Positions 62,520 through 64,000 of a DNA stretch of 64,000 nt are shown here, piece by piece. Within the stretch, counting starts at the first letter, position 1. Every line of letters begins with the position of its first letter. The stretch covers positions 1,798,001 through 1,862,000 of the forward strand of contig NC_058368.1 in NCBI RefSeq assembly GCF_018350175.1. The letters are read 5' to 3'. Under the pieces are notes generated by a model. That model ran no database searches. It was given only the letters and a program-made list of their open reading frames with translations, and was not told the origin of the DNA. Made by a program: the position numbers and the translations under genes. Source of the stretch: Felis catus. Its lineage: Eukaryota.

Positions 62520-62870
62520 GACGATAAATTCTACTGGAACATGCTGAATCTGAGATGTTTGTAGGCCTTCCAAATTAAAACATCCAGTAAGCACTTGGAT
62601 TATAAGGCTCTGGAACTTTGGAGCAGCCTGTGCTGAATATAGATTTAGGAGTCATCGGTGCAGAAGTGGCACTTGAAGTCCTACGTGTGGAAGAGACAGT
62701 CCGAGGAGAGTGTATACAGTCGGCAGGGTTGAGAACTGAGACAGAACACTAGCAGTTTGGCAATGAGCAGAGAAAAACAGAGAGCATAAATGAGGTCAAG
62801 AAGGATCAGCCAAGAAGGTAGGAGGAAAAACTAACCAGAGTGGTTTTTCCAATACCTTGTGGAAGAAAGA
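62520..62870 (-). mobile_element. L2 remnant
   Basis: ACATGCTGAATCTGAGATG...ATAGATTTAGGAGTCATC...CAGCCAAGAAGGTAGGAGGAAAA. Confidence 0.6.
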
Positions 62871-63929
62871 AAAACTGAAACATCTGTAAACTTCCGAGGG
62901 GCAGAATGTCACCTCGAGTGTTTCTCGATTCAGATGTGACCAACATATTTAAACTTTTAATTCCGTTCAATAGTGTATTTATGTCTATATACTCAAATCT
63001 AGAGAAACGAGGATAACCAATGGAACACTGCTTTCTGTTCGGTGACGAACTCACGATTGAAAATAAGTTTAACAAAACCCGAACGAAATAAAAAGATTAG
63101 CCCCACTGTCATCTCTGTAACAATTTACAAACTAAAGTTGCTTATCAACTCCTCAAACGAAAGTACCAGGCCCCAGGCACAAAACTGCTAAAATGACAAT
63201 GCAAAAAGGGTTAACTTTCAGGCTGAGAAGCCATCTGCGTGTGGTGGTTCACAGCTGACAGGAACAGCTGTCTGCTTTGTCTAGACAGCTGCTCGGATTC
63301 GGGGTAGCTGTTTCCAGTACCGCCAGCAAGTTTTGCACCTTTTCAAAAACTGCTGGAATGGGCTCTTCTTTCAGTCAAACGAACAACACAAAGAAGTGAA
63401 CTCGGATACGTATCGAAACAATTTCTGTCAGATACGGCAGCGCCAGAACCTGTTAATTTAGTTACAACTGCCTCTTTGATACTGATATGCTTTCGGTCAC
63501 CATTGCTCCGATTTACAGAATATACTGCAAGGTAATGAAGTCCCAGCATTTCTATAGAAAACATTTTTATGTATACAACCATGGACGAACAACCTTATTC
63601 TAGGTATTTTAAAATACGTACCATAGAACTACAATATTTTAAATGGTTCAATCGAGAAGGGAAGGCAGTTGTAAGGATAGTAAATAATATTTTTCAAACG
63701 AATAAAAAGGTGAGAAACTAAAATGGTTGGGATTAAAACAGCTTCCATTTTTTTCTTCTTAACTGGTCTTTATTGGACTTTTGCCCCAGTCATTACATCT
63801 AACTTGTGTGCTTAGGCTATTAACAGGAAATCAACATCCCTCTCCCCTCCACACACACATTTCTTTCACCAGCCTTTGACTATTACGGTGGGGACCCTCA
63901 TGAACAAACATGGGAACGTACAGCCTACT

Positions 63930-64000
63930 TCTTTTTTAAAATTTTTTGATAGAGACAGAGCGTGAGTAGGGGAAGGGCAGAGGAAGGGGGAGACACAGAA
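63930..64000 (-). mobile_element. CAN-SINE 3' part, truncated by the window edge
   Basis: T-tail followed by AGAGACAGAGCGTGAG...GGAGACACAGAA. Confidence 0.88.

Noticed and set aside
63343..63582. 79-aa minus-strand ORF as XPO4 exon 7
   Set aside because: No resemblance to the exportin-4 sequence expected before VHRKIRED; upstream exons lie beyond the window.
1..64000. CRISPR arrays, operons or prokaryotic defence systems
   Set aside because: Mammalian intron-exon DNA with no repeat-spacer array or prokaryotic gene structure.

Overview
Eukaryotic genomic DNA from a carnivore, almost certainly a felid, judged from the abundant SINEC_Fc-type tRNA-derived CAN-SINEs. Two protein-coding genes lie in tandem on the minus strand. 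(1) The 3' part of XPO4 (exportin-4) has 16 coding exons between 60066 and 25328. They join without a frameshift into 2616 nt (871 aa + stop) and correspond to exons 8-23 if numbered as in the 23-exon human gene. A ~6.4 kb SINE-free 3'UTR follows, ending near an AATAAA at 18890-18895. (2) The 5' end of EEF1AKMT1 (N6AMT2) has a CpG-island promoter and non-coding exon 1 near 16.1-16.3 kb, and its first coding exon at 2473-2635. The rest is intronic or intergenic and full of CAN-SINEs, old L1/L2/MIR fragments, MER DNA transposons and LTR remnants. Most ORFs in the track are repeat artefacts. The most unusual element is XPO4 intron 20, a minor-spliceosome (U12-type) intron with rare AT-AG termini. 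Other candidates are a (UG)24 tract just after the exon 15 donor, extended miR-137 and miR-29 matches in the 3'UTR, a palindrome-dense promoter, an E-box cluster and nested or inverted young SINEs. I see no convincing wholly new biological system. Repeat boundaries and family names were recognised by eye and are approximate.
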